Assembly: GCF_003324675.1 (NCBI RefSeq)
Contig: NZ_CP030918.1
Span: forward strand, 3,120,001-3,152,000
DNA length: 32,000 nucleotides
Direction: 5' to 3'
From: Paracoccus suum
Lineage (GTDB): Bacteria > Pseudomonadota > Alphaproteobacteria > Rhodobacterales > Rhodobacteraceae
In this document: positions 1 through 9,141 of the stretch, piece after piece
Numbering within the stretch: the stretch's first letter is position 1
How the letters are laid out: every line of letters begins with the position of its first letter
Made by a program: the position numbers and the translations under genes
Notes under the pieces: generated by a model
What the model was told of the DNA's origin: nothing
The model's input: only the letters and a program-made list of their open reading frames with translations
The model's database searches: none

Positions 1-1503
1 ATCTTCTGTTATCGCCGCTTCGGGCATAACGAAGGCGACGAGCCGATGTTCACCAACCCTTGCATGTACAAGGAAATCAAGGCGCACAAGACGACCCTGC
101 AGCTCTATACCGACCGGCTGGTCAAGGATGGCCTGATCCCCGAGGGCGAGATCGAGGACATGAAGGCCTCGTTCCAGGCCCACCTCAACGAGGAGTTCGA
201 GGTCGGCAAGGCGTTCAAGCCGAACAAGGCCGACTGGCTGGATGGCAAGTGGCAGGGGTTCGAGCGCGAGGGCGAGGAATACACCCCCGGCAAGACCGGC
301 ATCCCGGCGGCGACCATGGCCGAGATCGGAACTGCGCTGACCCGCATCCCCAAGGACATGGCGATCCACAAGACCGTCGCCCGCCTGATCGAGGCGAAAA
401 AGGCGATGTTCGACAGCGGCAATGGCTTTGACTGGGCGACCGCCGAAGCGCTCGCCTTCGGCAGCCTGCTGGTCGAGGGCCACCCGGTGCGCCTGTCCGG
501 TCAGGACAGCACGCGAGGCACCTTCAGCCAACGTCACTCGGCCTTCATCGACCAGGAGACCGAGCACCGCCATTACCCGCTGAACCACATTCGCAGCGGC
601 CAGTCGCGGTTCGAGGTCATCGACTCGATGCTGTCGGAATATGCGGTCCTCGGCTTTGAATACGGCTATTCGCTGTCCGAGCCGAACACTCTGACCATGT
701 GGGAGGCGCAGTTCGGCGACTTTGCCAACGGCGCGCAGATCCTGTTCGACCAGTTCATCTCGTCGGGCGAAAAGAAATGGCTGCGCATGTCGGGCCTGAC
801 GCTGCTGCTGCCGCATGGGTACGAGGGCCAGGGCCCCGAGCACAGCAGCGCCCGGCTGGAGCGCTGGCTGCAGATGTCGGCCGAGGATAACTGGATCGTC
901 GCCAACGTGACGACACCGGCCAACTATTTCCACATCCTGCGCCGGCAGATTCACCGCCCGTTCCGCAAGCCCTTGGTGCTGATGACGCCGAAATCGCTGC
1001 TGCGTCATCCGCAGGCGATCTCGACCGCGGCCGAGTTCCAGACCGGCTCGACCTTCCACCGGGTTCTGCCGGACGACGCCGAGCGGCTGAACGAGGCCAG
1101 CATCCTGGCCCCCGACCCCGAGATCAAGCGAGTCGTGGTCTGCTCGGGCAAGGTCTACTACGACCTGCTCGCGGCGCGCGATGCTGCCGGGGTGAAGGAC
1201 GTCTACATCGCCCGGCTGGAGCAGTTCTATCCCTTCCCGCAGCAGTCGCTGCTGAAGATGTTCGACCGCTTCAAGTCGGCCGAGTTCGTCTGGTGCCAGG
1301 AAGAGCCCAAGAACCAGGGCGGGTGGAGCTTTGTCGAGCCGAACCTCGAATGGGTGCTGACCCGCATCGGCGCCGATCACAAGCGCCCGGTCTATGCCGG
1401 CCGTCCGGCCTCGGCCTCACCGGCGACTGGCCTTGCCTCGCGCCACAAGCTGGAACAGACGCGGCTGGTGGATGAGGCGCTCGGCTTCGAGACCTCGAAA
1501 TGA
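1..1503 (+). CDS. sucA: 2-oxoglutarate dehydrogenase E1 component, C-terminal ~500 aa (5' end lies outside the window)
   Basis: Frame 1 is open from nt 1 ([17 protein letters not shown]...), so the gene starts upstream of the window. Typical OGDH E1 C-terminal sequence ([38 protein letters not shown]). The stop overlaps the sucB ATG (ATGA at 1500-1503). Confidence 0.95.
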   Translation: MFCYRRFGHNEGDEPMFTNPCMYKEIKAHKTTLQLYTDRLVKDGLIPEGEIEDMKASFQAHLNEEFEVGKAFKPNKADWLDGKWQGFEREGEEYTPGKTGIPAATMAEIGTALTRIPKDMAIHKTVARLIEAKKAMFDSGNGFDWATAEALAFGSLLVEGHPVRLSGQDSTRGTFSQRHSAFIDQETEHRHYPLNHIRSGQSRFEVIDSMLSEYAVLGFEYGYSLSEPNTLTMWEAQFGDFANGAQILFDQFISSGEKKWLRMSGLTLLLPHGYEGQGPEHSSARLERWLQMSAEDNWIVANVTTPANYFHILRRQIHRPFRKPLVLMTPKSLLRHPQAISTAAEFQTGSTFHRVLPDDAERLNEASILAPDPEIKRVVVCSGKVYYDLLAARDAAGVKDVYIARLEQFYPFPQQSLLKMFDRFKSAEFVWCQEEPKNQGGWSFVEPNLEWVLTRIGADHKRPVYAGRPASASPATGLASRHKLEQTRLVDEALGFETSK

Positions 1504-3107
1504 CCGAGGTTCGTGTCCCGGCCCTGGGCGAGAGCGTCTCGGAGGCGACGGTTGCCACCTGGTTCAAGCAGGCCGGCGATCGCGTGAGCGCCGACGAGAT
1601 GCTGTGCGAGCTGGAAACCGACAAGGTGACGGTCGAGGTGCCGGCCCCGGCATCCGGCATCCTGACCGAGATCGTCGCGCCCGAGGGCGCGACGATCGGC
1701 CCCAACGCGCTGCTGGCGCAGATTACCGAAGGGGCGGGCGCCGATGACGCCGCGACACCCGGCAAGGCGGGGGCCGACACCCGCACCCCGCAGGAAGGAA
1801 AACCGATGAGCGGCAAGAACGTGGACGTGATGGTGCCGGCGCTGGGCGAAAGCGTGACCGAGGCGACCGTTGCCACATGGTTCAAGAAGGCGGGCGACCA
1901 GGTCGCCGCCGACGAAATGCTGTGCGAGCTTGAGACCGACAAGGTGTCGGTCGAGGTGCCCGCCCCCGCCGCCGGCGTTCTGGCCGAGATCCTCGTCCCC
2001 GAGGGCGAGACCGTCGCCGCCAACGCCCGCCTCGCGATCATCTCCGAGGGCGCCGCTGCGGGAACGCCGGCGCCTGGCGGCGCTGCCGCCGCGGCCGAGG
2101 CCAACGCGGACGGCGAAGGCTCGCCCCAGGACGCGGCCGAGGTCGGCTCGCCCGGTGCCGGGCCGGAGGAAATGACCCCGCGTGGCGATATCGAGGATGC
2201 ACCCTCGGCCAAGAAGGCCATGGCCGAGCAGGGCGTCAGCCGCGATCAGGTGACGGCCAGCGGCAAGGGCGGCCGGGTGATGAAGGAAGACGTCGCCCGC
2301 GCCAAGGATGCGCCCAAGGCCCCAGCCCCCGCGCAGCAGTCGCCCTCGGCGCAGCAGCCGGCCCCCGCCCAGCAGGCGCCCCGCGCCCCATCGAATGCCG
2401 AAGACGCCGGCCGCGAGGAGCGGGTCAAGATGACCCGCCTGCGCGCTACGATCGCCCGGCGCCTGAAGGACGCGCAGAACACGGCCGCCATGCTGACCAC
2501 CTATAACGAGGTGGACATGAAGGCGATCATGGACCTGCGCAACGAGTACAAGGACGCCTTCGAGAAGAAGCACAAGGTCAAGCTGGGCTTCATGTCCTTC
2601 TTCGTGAAGGCCTGCTGCCACGCCCTGCAGGAAGTGCCCGAGGTGAATGCCGAGATCGATGGCAGCGACGTCGTCTACAAGCGCTTCGTGCATATGGGCG
2701 TTGCCGTCGGCACCCCCAACGGCCTCGTCGTGCCTGTGATCCGCAACGCCGACAAGAAAAGCTTTGCCGAGATCGAGAAAGAGATCGCCGAGCTTGGCCT
2801 GCGTGCCCGTGACGGCAAGCTGACCATGGCCGAGATGCAGGGTGGCACCTTCACCATCAGCAATGGCGGCGTCTACGGCTCGCTCATGTCCAGCCCGATC
2901 CTAAACCCGCCGCAGTCGGGAATCCTGGGGATGCACAAGATCCAGGACCGCCCGGTGGTGGTGAAGGGCGAGATCGTCATCCGGCCGATGATGTATCTTG
3001 CGCTCAGCTACGATCACCGCATCGTGGACGGCAAAGGCGCCGTGACCTTCCTGGTGCGCGTCAAGGAAATGCTGGAAGATCCCCGCCGTCTATTGATGGA
3101 CCTGTGA
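1500..3107 (+). CDS. sucB: dihydrolipoyllysine-residue succinyltransferase (E2o) with two tandem lipoyl domains
   Basis: Two lipoyl-attachment motifs (CELETDKV twice). Ala/Pro-rich linkers, a peripheral-subunit-binding-like segment ([12 protein letters not shown]) and a C-terminal acyltransferase catalytic motif (SYDHRIVDG). Located between sucA and lpdA. Confidence 0.93.
   Translation: MTEVRVPALGESVSEATVATWFKQAGDRVSADEMLCELETDKVTVEVPAPASGILTEIVAPEGATIGPNALLAQITEGAGADDAATPGKAGADTRTPQEGKPMSGKNVDVMVPALGESVTEATVATWFKKAGDQVAADEMLCELETDKVSVEVPAPAAGVLAEILVPEGETVAANARLAIISEGAAAGTPAPGGAAAAAEANADGEGSPQDAAEVGSPGAGPEEMTPRGDIEDAPSAKKAMAEQGVSRDQVTASGKGGRVMKEDVARAKDAPKAPAPAQQSPSAQQPAPAQQAPRAPSNAEDAGREERVKMTRLRATIARRLKDAQNTAAMLTTYNEVDMKAIMDLRNEYKDAFEKKHKVKLGFMSFFVKACCHALQEVPEVNAEIDGSDVVYKRFVHMGVAVGTPNGLVVPVIRNADKKSFAEIEKEIAELGLRARDGKLTMAEMQGGTFTISNGGVYGSLMSSPILNPPQSGILGMHKIQDRPVVVKGEIVIRPMMYLALSYDHRIVDGKGAVTFLVRVKEMLEDPRRLLMDL
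1515..1733 (+). repeat. lipoyl-domain coding repeat, copy 1 (aa 6-78 of SucB)
   Basis: Hand alignment with copy 2, which sits 318 nt downstream, gives 56/73 identical residues. The nucleotide sequences are visibly similar as well. Confidence 0.85.
1833..2051 (+). repeat. lipoyl-domain coding repeat, copy 2 (aa 112-184 of SucB)
   Basis: Same alignment as copy 1. Preceded by an in-frame AGGAAGGA (1792-1799) plus ATG (1806), which looks like a gene start. Confidence 0.85.
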
Positions 3108-3108
3108 G

Positions 3109-3711
3109 ATGAGCCCCGAGTTCCTGCTGACAGCCTTTATCGTCTGTGCAACCCCGGGGATCGGCGTGGTCTACACGCTGGCCACTACGCTAGGCGGCGG
3201 GTTGCGGGCCGGTCTGTGGGCAACCCTTGGCTGCACGCTTGCGACCGTGGTGCATCTTGCCGTCGCCCTCGCCGGGCTGGCGGCCGTGCTGCACACGTCG
3301 GCGGTGCTGTTCCAGGGCATCAAGGCGCTCGGGGTGCTTTACTTACTTTGGATGGCCTGGGCCGTCCTGAAAGAGCGCGGGGGGCTGAGCGTGCGGCCCG
3401 CCGCGCCGCAGCCGCCCGCGATCATCGTCCGCCGCGGCATTCTGATGAACCTGCTGAACCCCAAGTTGCCGCTGTTTTTCGTCGCCTTCCTGCCGCAGTT
3501 CCTGCCGGCAGGATCGCCCGCGGCTGACCTGATCACGCTAGGCCTCGGGTTCACGGCGATGACGGCCGCGACCTTTGTCCTCTACGCCGTTCTTGCCGCC
3601 GCCTCGCGCGACGCGCTGCTGGCATCGCCGCGCGTTATGTCCTGGCTGCGGCGCCTGTTCGCGGCCAGCTTTGCCGCCCTCGGCCTGCGCCTCGCACTCA
3701 GCCGGGCCTGA
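3109..3711 (+). CDS. LysE/RhtB family amino-acid exporter
   Basis: 200-aa polytopic membrane protein with family-typical segments (ATPGIGVVY, LLNPKLPLFFVAFLPQF). The ATG lies 1 nt after the sucB stop. Confidence 0.85.
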   Translation: MSPEFLLTAFIVCATPGIGVVYTLATTLGGGLRAGLWATLGCTLATVVHLAVALAGLAAVLHTSAVLFQGIKALGVLYLLWMAWAVLKERGGLSVRPAAPQPPAIIVRRGILMNLLNPKLPLFFVAFLPQFLPAGSPAADLITLGLGFTAMTAATFVLYAVLAAASRDALLASPRVMSWLRRLFAASFAALGLRLALSRA

Positions 3712-3742
3712 TCCCCCACGGACCTACCGACAGGAGATTTCG

Positions 3743-4000
3743 ATGAACCAGATCCTCGTGCGCTACGACATCGCCGATTTCGCCGCCTTCAAGACTGCCT
3801 TTGACAACGACGCCGAGGATCGCGGCAACAACGGCCTGTCCCTGCTGCAACTGTGGCGCGAAGGCGCGAACCGCGCCTGGGCGCTGTTCACTAGCGGAAA
3901 CCCGGTCAAGGCGCAGGCCTACCTCGATGGCGCGGCCGCCGTGTTCAACAGCCAGGCCGGCGTAAGCGCGGTCGAGGCGCATATGCTCGAGACCGCCTGA
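3743..4000 (+). CDS. small hypothetical protein (85 aa), possibly an alpha+beta barrel-like fold
   Basis: ATG at 3743 is preceded by AGGAG (3732-3736). The longer ORF from 3575 overlaps the LysE 3' end and is Arg/Pro/Cys-rich, so that extension is unlikely to be coding. No family recognised. Confidence 0.6.
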   Translation: MNQILVRYDIADFAAFKTAFDNDAEDRGNNGLSLLQLWREGANRAWALFTSGNPVKAQAYLDGAAAVFNSQAGVSAVEAHMLETA

Positions 4001-4028
4001 CGCGCTGCTCGGGCCGAGGGGTGGGACG

Positions 4029-4421
4029 ATGATGACAGCAGAACTGACCGCCCTCGGCCTCGCGGCACTGCTGCAGGCGGCGCAGATCGGCGTTGCCGCG
4101 ATGTCGCTGAACCGCGATGTCGGCGCAGAATGGAATGCCGGCCCGCGCGATACCGAGCCGAAGCTCTCGCCCATGACCGGCCGCCTGCGCCGCGCCGTGG
4201 ACAACCATTTCGAGGGGCTGGCGTTTTTCACCATCGCCGTGGTCATGGTCACCCTGTCGGGCGAGCAGTCCGGACTGACCCGCGCCTGTGCCTGGGCCTA
4301 TCTGGCGGCGCGCGTCCTTTACGTGCCGGCCTATGCCCTTGGCTGGACGCCCTGGCGTTCGATCATCTGGGCGGTGGGCTTTCTCGCCACGATGGCGATG
4401 ATCGTGGCATCCCTGTTCTGA
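4029..4421 (+). CDS. MAPEG family membrane protein
   Basis: 130 aa with about 3-4 TM segments. Contains a MAPEG-like central motif (RLRRAVDNHFEGLAFF) and a YVPAY segment. GAGGGG lies upstream of the ATG. Confidence 0.78.
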   Translation: MMTAELTALGLAALLQAAQIGVAAMSLNRDVGAEWNAGPRDTEPKLSPMTGRLRRAVDNHFEGLAFFTIAVVMVTLSGEQSGLTRACAWAYLAARVLYVPAYALGWTPWRSIIWAVGFLATMAMIVASLF

Positions 4422-4505
4422 CCCGCCGGGTCGCACATTTTTCTTACGCAGGTTCGCCAGGGCGCAGCGCCCCGCCCCTGCCGGCCAACAAGGAACCCAT
4501 CTGCA

Positions 4506-5891
4506 ATGTATGACCTGATCGTCATCGGCGCCGGCCCCGGCGGTTATGTCTGCGCCATCCGCGCGGCCCAGCTCGGCCTCAAGGTCGCCTGTGTCGAGGG
4601 GCGCGAGACGCTGGGCGGGACCTGCCTCAACGTCGGCTGCATCCCCTCCAAGGCCCTGCTGCACGCCAGCCACCTCTATCACGAGGCGACGCACAACTTT
4701 GCCAAGCTTGGCCTGATGGGCGAGGCGCCGACGATCGACTGGGACCGGATGCAGTCCTACAAGGCCGAAACGGTCAACACCAACACCAAGGGCATCGAGT
4801 TCCTGTTCAAGAAGAACAAGATCGACTGGCTGAAGGGTTGGGCCAGCATCCCCGAGGCGGGCAAGGTCAAGGTCGGCGACAAGGTCCATGACACCAAGGC
4901 CATCGTCATCGCCAGCGGCTCAGAGGTTAGCAGCCTCAAGGGGGTCGAGGTCGACAACGCCGGCGGCGTCGTGGTGGATTCGACGGGCGCGCTGATGCTG
5001 CCCCGCATCCCCCAAGACATGATCGTGATCGGCGCCGGCGTCATCGGGCTGGAGCTTGGGTCGGTCTACAGCCGCCTTGGCAGCAAGGTTCGGGTGATCG
5101 AATACCTCGACACCATCACCCCCGGCATGGACGCCGAGGTGCAAAAGGCGCTGCTGAAGATCCTGCAAAAGCAGGGCCTGCAGTTCACGCTTGGTGCCGC
5201 GGTCCAGTCGGTGACCGTCGCGAACGGCCGTGCCACCGTAACCTTCGCCCCCGCCAAGGGGGGCGAGGCACAGAGCGTCGAGGCTGACTGCGTCCTGCTG
5301 GCGACTGGACGGCGGCCGAACACCGAGGGGCTTGGCCTCGATGCGCTGGACATCGCGCTGGAGCGCGGGATGATCGTCACTGACGACCACTGGCAGACCA
5401 ATCTGCCCGGTGTCTACGCCATCGGCGACGTGATCCGCGGCCCAATGCTCGCCCACAAGGCCGAGGACGAGGGCATGGCGGTCGCCGAGGTCATCGCCGG
5501 CAAGCACGGCCATGTCGACTATGGCGTCATCCCCTCGGTCATCTACACCATGCCCGAGGTCGCCGCGGTCGGCCTGACCGAGGCGCAGGCCAAGGAAAGC
5601 GGCCGCAAGATCAAGGTTGGTAAGTTCCCCCTGATGGGTAACGCCCGCGCCAAGGCGCTGCTGGAAGCCGAGGGCTTCGTCAAGATCATCACCGACGCGG
5701 ATACCGACCGCGTGCTGGGCGCTCACATCATCGCGCCGGGCGCTGGCGACATCATCCACGAGGTCGCGGTCGCCATGTCCTTCGGAGCCTCGGCCGAGGA
5801 CATCGCCCTGACCTGCCACGCCCATCCGACCGTCAGCGAAGCGGTGCGCGAGGCCGCGCTGGCGTGCGGCGACGGGGCCATCCACGTCTGA
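4506..5891 (+). CDS. lpdA: dihydrolipoyl dehydrogenase (E3)
   Basis: FAD-binding GAGPGGY, redox-active disulfide [16 protein letters not shown]-binding GAGVIGLE and a C-terminal HAHPT(V)SE interface motif. Confidence 0.95.
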   Translation: MYDLIVIGAGPGGYVCAIRAAQLGLKVACVEGRETLGGTCLNVGCIPSKALLHASHLYHEATHNFAKLGLMGEAPTIDWDRMQSYKAETVNTNTKGIEFLFKKNKIDWLKGWASIPEAGKVKVGDKVHDTKAIVIASGSEVSSLKGVEVDNAGGVVVDSTGALMLPRIPQDMIVIGAGVIGLELGSVYSRLGSKVRVIEYLDTITPGMDAEVQKALLKILQKQGLQFTLGAAVQSVTVANGRATVTFAPAKGGEAQSVEADCVLLATGRRPNTEGLGLDALDIALERGMIVTDDHWQTNLPGVYAIGDVIRGPMLAHKAEDEGMAVAEVIAGKHGHVDYGVIPSVIYTMPEVAAVGLTEAQAKESGRKIKVGKFPLMGNARAKALLEAEGFVKIITDADTDRVLGAHIIAPGAGDIIHEVAVAMSFGASAEDIALTCHAHPTVSEAVREAALACGDGAIHV

Positions 5892-5902
5892 CGGATGTGG
5901 CT

Positions 5903-5934
5903 GCGATCGGCGAAAACTCGCCGGTCGCGTTGCT
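5903..5934 (+). terminator. candidate intrinsic terminator after lpdA
   Basis: 11-bp stem GCGATCGGCGA/TCGCCGGTCGC with one G-T pair and an AAAC loop, starting 12 nt after the lpdA stop. The downstream tract (GTTGCT) is only weakly U-rich. Confidence 0.45.
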
Positions 5935-6011
5935 CGCAGGCGCGATGCAGCTTTGTGGTGGAGGCCGGCCAGCGTATTGTTCCGGCAAAATTAAAAACAC
6001 CCGAGGCGACA

Positions 6012-6509
6012 GTGATCCTGAACACCCTGACCCGCATGTCCGGGCGCGGCGCCATGCTGGCGCTGATGCTCGGGCTCGCCGCCTGCGGCAGCAGTTCCGA
6101 GCGGATGCAACTGCGGGAATCGCCCCGCAACGCAAGCGCCACGGCCGCCGGGGCCACCCCGGAAATGCAGGCGCTGATCGCCCGCTATGCGGCCGAGTAC
6201 AGCGTTCCGGTCACCCTCGTTCACCGCGTGGTGCAGCGCGAGTCGATGTACCGCCCCACCGCCCGCAACGGCCCCTATTACGGCCTGATGCAGATCCTGC
6301 CGGCGACCGCCCGGACCATGGGCTATCGCGGGGATGCCTCCGGCCTGCTGGACGCCGAAACCAACCTGAAATACGGCGTGAAATACCTGCGCGGCGCCTG
6401 GCTTGTGTCGGGCGGCAGCGAGAGCCGCGCCGTAATGTGGTATGCCAAGGGCTATTACTACGAGGCCAAGCGCAAAGGCCTGCTAAAGGAAACCGGTCTG
6501 CGCGGCTGA
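6012..6509 (+). CDS. lytic transglycosylase (SLT) domain lipoprotein
   Basis: Lipobox LGLAAC|G follows a short basic N-region. SLT motifs are present: QRES (catalytic Glu), YGLMQI, TNLKYG. The start is either GTG 6012 (GAGG 5 nt upstream) or ATG 6036. The ORF-track start at 5895 is unlikely. Confidence 0.8.
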   Translation: MILNTLTRMSGRGAMLALMLGLAACGSSSERMQLRESPRNASATAAGATPEMQALIARYAAEYSVPVTLVHRVVQRESMYRPTARNGPYYGLMQILPATARTMGYRGDASGLLDAETNLKYGVKYLRGAWLVSGGSESRAVMWYAKGYYYEAKRKGLLKETGLRG

Positions 6510-6617
6510 CCCCTTCTGTAATAGCCAGAGGCCCGGGCGCCCGCCCGGTCGCGGGGACGTCAGCGAACCAAACCGCCGGCGCCCCGTTACCTCCACGGTA
6601 GCGGAGGCAATGCGGCA

Positions 6618-8177
6618 ATGATCTTGACGGTGCTGGGCGCGGTGGCGCTGGGGCTTGCCGCGCTCGGGGTGGCGCGCAAAGTGTACCAGCCGCCCTCCCT
6701 CGCCGGCAGGCCCGCCAGCGGATCCCTCCCGGTCTCGCGCGACACCGCCCTCGGGCGCGCCACGCTGGATTTCATCGAACCCGATCCGGGGCTGAGCGGC
6801 GTCGCCCCGCTGCTGGACGGCCGCGCCGCCTTTGCCGCCCGGGTGGCCCTGATCCGCGCCGCAGAGCAGAGCCTCGATATCCAGTATTACATCTGGCAGC
6901 GCGACGTGACCGGCCTGATGCTGATCGCGGAACTGCAGGACGCCGCCGACCGCGGCGTGCGAATCCGGTTGCTGCTGGACGACCACGGCTCGCCCGCGCT
7001 GGACGCGGATCTTGCCGCGCTCGACGCCCACCCGATGATCGAGGTGCGCCTGTTCAACCCGTTCATCATGCGCCGCCTGCGGATGGCCAGCTTCCTGTTC
7101 GATTTCTCCCGGCTGAACCGGCGGATGCACAACAAGTCCCTGACCGCAGACGGGGCGGCGACCATCGTCGGAGGACGCAACATCGGCGATATCTATTTCG
7201 CCTTTGGCGACGGCACGCATTATATCGACACCGACGTTTTTGCCGTCGGGCAAATCGCGGCCGAGGTGGCCGATGATTTCGACCGCTACTGGGACAGCTG
7301 CTCGGCCCACCCCGCCGCGCGCATTCTTGCGCGGCCGGGGCGAGACTCGTGGAAGGCATTGGGGACAGCGACCAAGGCCGCCTGTGCGACGCCCCATTAC
7401 CAAAACTACGTCCGCGACCTCGACCTGATGTCGCCCGTGGGCGCATTCCTCGCGCGCGCCGCCGATCTGGAACGCTCGAACGTAGCGCTCGTCAGCGATC
7501 ACCCGGCCAAAGGCCTCGGCCGGGCGCGGCGCAACCAGCTGCTGTTTCACCGCCTCATCCGGCGGATCGGCCAGCCCCTGCATTCGCTCGACCTGATCTC
7601 GGCCTATTTCGTCCCCGGGCGCGGCTTTTCCCGGGCACTGCGGACCCTCGCGGGCCGGGGACGACGGGTGCGGGTGCTGACGAATTCGCAGCAGGCGACA
7701 GACGTGCTGGTCGTTCATTCCGCTTACGTGCGCTACCGTCCGCGCCTGTTGGATGCTGGGGTCGAGTTGTTTGAACTGAAGGCCACGCGCCCGGAGCCGA
7801 CGCAGCAGGCAGAACGCGGCGTCAAGCGCCGCGTCGTGGTCGGCTCTTCCCGCTCGAGCCTCCATTCCAAATCGCTGTCGGTCGACGGGCAGCGGGTGTT
7901 CATCGGCTCGTTCAACTTCGATCACCGTTCCCTCGACCTGAACACCGAGATGGGGGTGTTGATCGACAGCCCCCGGATCGCCGCCGGCATTGACCGCGCC
8001 TTTGCCGTACGCATCCCCGAGACCAGCTATCGCCCACGCCGTGCCCATGACGGCACGCTGGAGTGGGAGGATCCCGACCGGCCCGGCACCGTCCTGCGGG
8101 TCGAGCCAGACACCAGCTGGCCCTCGCGCGCGGCGCTTACGGTTCTGGGCTGGCTGCCGATCGAGTGGCTGCTGTAG
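6618..8177 (+). CDS. phospholipase D family protein (two HKD motifs, N-terminal TM anchor)
   Basis: HKD motifs RMHNKSLTADG and SLHSKSLSVDG with downstream GSFN. Hydrophobic N-terminus MILTVLGAVALGLAALGVA. Architecture resembles cardiolipin-synthase/PLD proteins. Confidence 0.85.
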   Translation: MILTVLGAVALGLAALGVARKVYQPPSLAGRPASGSLPVSRDTALGRATLDFIEPDPGLSGVAPLLDGRAAFAARVALIRAAEQSLDIQYYIWQRDVTGLMLIAELQDAADRGVRIRLLLDDHGSPALDADLAALDAHPMIEVRLFNPFIMRRLRMASFLFDFSRLNRRMHNKSLTADGAATIVGGRNIGDIYFAFGDGTHYIDTDVFAVGQIAAEVADDFDRYWDSCSAHPAARILARPGRDSWKALGTATKAACATPHYQNYVRDLDLMSPVGAFLARAADLERSNVALVSDHPAKGLGRARRNQLLFHRLIRRIGQPLHSLDLISAYFVPGRGFSRALRTLAGRGRRVRVLTNSQQATDVLVVHSAYVRYRPRLLDAGVELFELKATRPEPTQQAERGVKRRVVVGSSRSSLHSKSLSVDGQRVFIGSFNFDHRSLDLNTEMGVLIDSPRIAAGIDRAFAVRIPETSYRPRRAHDGTLEWEDPDRPGTVLRVEPDTSWPSRAALTVLGWLPIEWLL

Positions 8178-8700
8178 GGGCCTGGTCGCCGCCGCTCCTC
8201 GCCCGTGCCTCCCTGGCCCGCACCTCGGACTTGATCGGCCCGACAGGCAGGACGGTGGTCGCCTTGACCTCCTCCATCGACAGCAGCGCGCTGACCGAGT
8301 TGATCTTCACCTGCGCGATCAGCGACTGGTAGAATCGGTCATAGGCACGGGCGTTCTCGACCCGGACCTTCAGGATGTAATCGACCTCGCCCGCCAGCCG
8401 ATGCGCTTCCAGCACCTCGGGGCGGCTGCGCAGTGCATCCAGAAACTGCGCCTGCCAGTCGGCCTCATGCGCGGCGGTGCGGATCAGCACGAAGAAGCAC
8501 GCCTCCAGCCCCAGCGCCTCGGGGGAGACCAGAATGGTTGGCTGCGCGATCACGCCGGCTGCCCGCAGCTTGCGGATGCGATTCCACACCGGGGTCTTGG
8601 ACGAGCCCACCAGCTTGGCGATTTCGTCAAGTGATCGTCCCGCATCCTCCTGCAACTCGCGAAGGATTTTCCGGTCGAGATCGTCGAGCCGCACGCTCAT
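8137..8700 (-). CDS. Lrp/AsnC family transcriptional regulator with ~35-aa low-complexity C-terminal tail
   Basis: LDDLDRKILRELQEDAGRSLDEIAKLVGSSKTPVWNRIRKL is the AsnC HTH. It is followed by a RAM/AsnC_trans_reg domain (EVDYILKVRV...). ATG at 8700. The ORF-track extension to 9162 runs antisense into the neighbouring operon and is rejected. Confidence 0.88.
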   Translation of the reverse strand: MSVRLDDLDRKILRELQEDAGRSLDEIAKLVGSSKTPVWNRIRKLRAAGVIAQPTILVSPEALGLEACFFVLIRTAAHEADWQAQFLDALRSRPEVLEAHRLAGEVDYILKVRVENARAYDRFYQSLIAQVKINSVSALLSMEEVKATTVLPVGPIKSEVRAREARARSGGDQAPTAATRSAASPEP

Positions 8701-8841
8701 CTGCACACCTGCTGGCAGCCGGGGACGGGGTGGTCCGCGCCTCGCCATTAGCGGACGCATGTTCTTATCGTCAAGCCAGTATGGTGAATAAGGGGGACAT
8801 TGTCCTAGATTATGGAAGAAATTCGCTGAAGGACTCGCCCC

Positions 8842-9141
8842 ATGGCACGCTTCCATCCCAAGGTTCTGACCGCCAACGCCCTCGCCTCGGGCGAGGTGAT
8901 CTATCGCACCGCGGACGGGGATTGGTGTGGCGAGCACAGTCGCGCCGAGCTGATCGAGGACGAGGCCATTGCCGAGGAACGCCTGGCCGAGGCAGTCGCC
9001 GACATCGCGCTGGTCGGCCCCTATTTGGCCGACGCCATCCCCTCGCCCGAGGGCCCGCAGCCCGTTCATTTTCGCGAGGCGTTCCGCACCCGCGGCCCGT
9101 CGAACTACTTCCACGGCAAGCAGGAGGCCGGCCATGCTTGA
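8842..9141 (+). CDS. DUF2849 domain protein (sulfite-reductase-associated)
   Basis: 99 aa, N-terminal KVLTANALASGEVIYRT and C-terminal HFREAFRTRGPS as in DUF2849. GAAGGA upstream. Overlaps the cysI start by 8 nt. Confidence 0.8.
   Translation: MARFHPKVLTANALASGEVIYRTADGDWCGEHSRAELIEDEAIAEERLAEAVADIALVGPYLADAIPSPEGPQPVHFREAFRTRGPSNYFHGKQEAGHA

Noticed and set aside
3575-3742. Upstream 56 codons of the 141-aa ORF that precedes the 85-aa protein.
   Set aside because: They overlap the LysE 3' end and have a Pro/Arg/Cys-rich composition. A good RBS (AGGAG) sits before the internal ATG at 3743.
6510-6617. GC-rich palindromes (GCCCGGGC, CTCC-N8-GGAG) between the SLT gene and the PLD gene as a terminator or REP element.
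   Set aside because: The stems are only 4 bp with no U-tract. I did not find the motif repeated in the other intergenic regions of this window.
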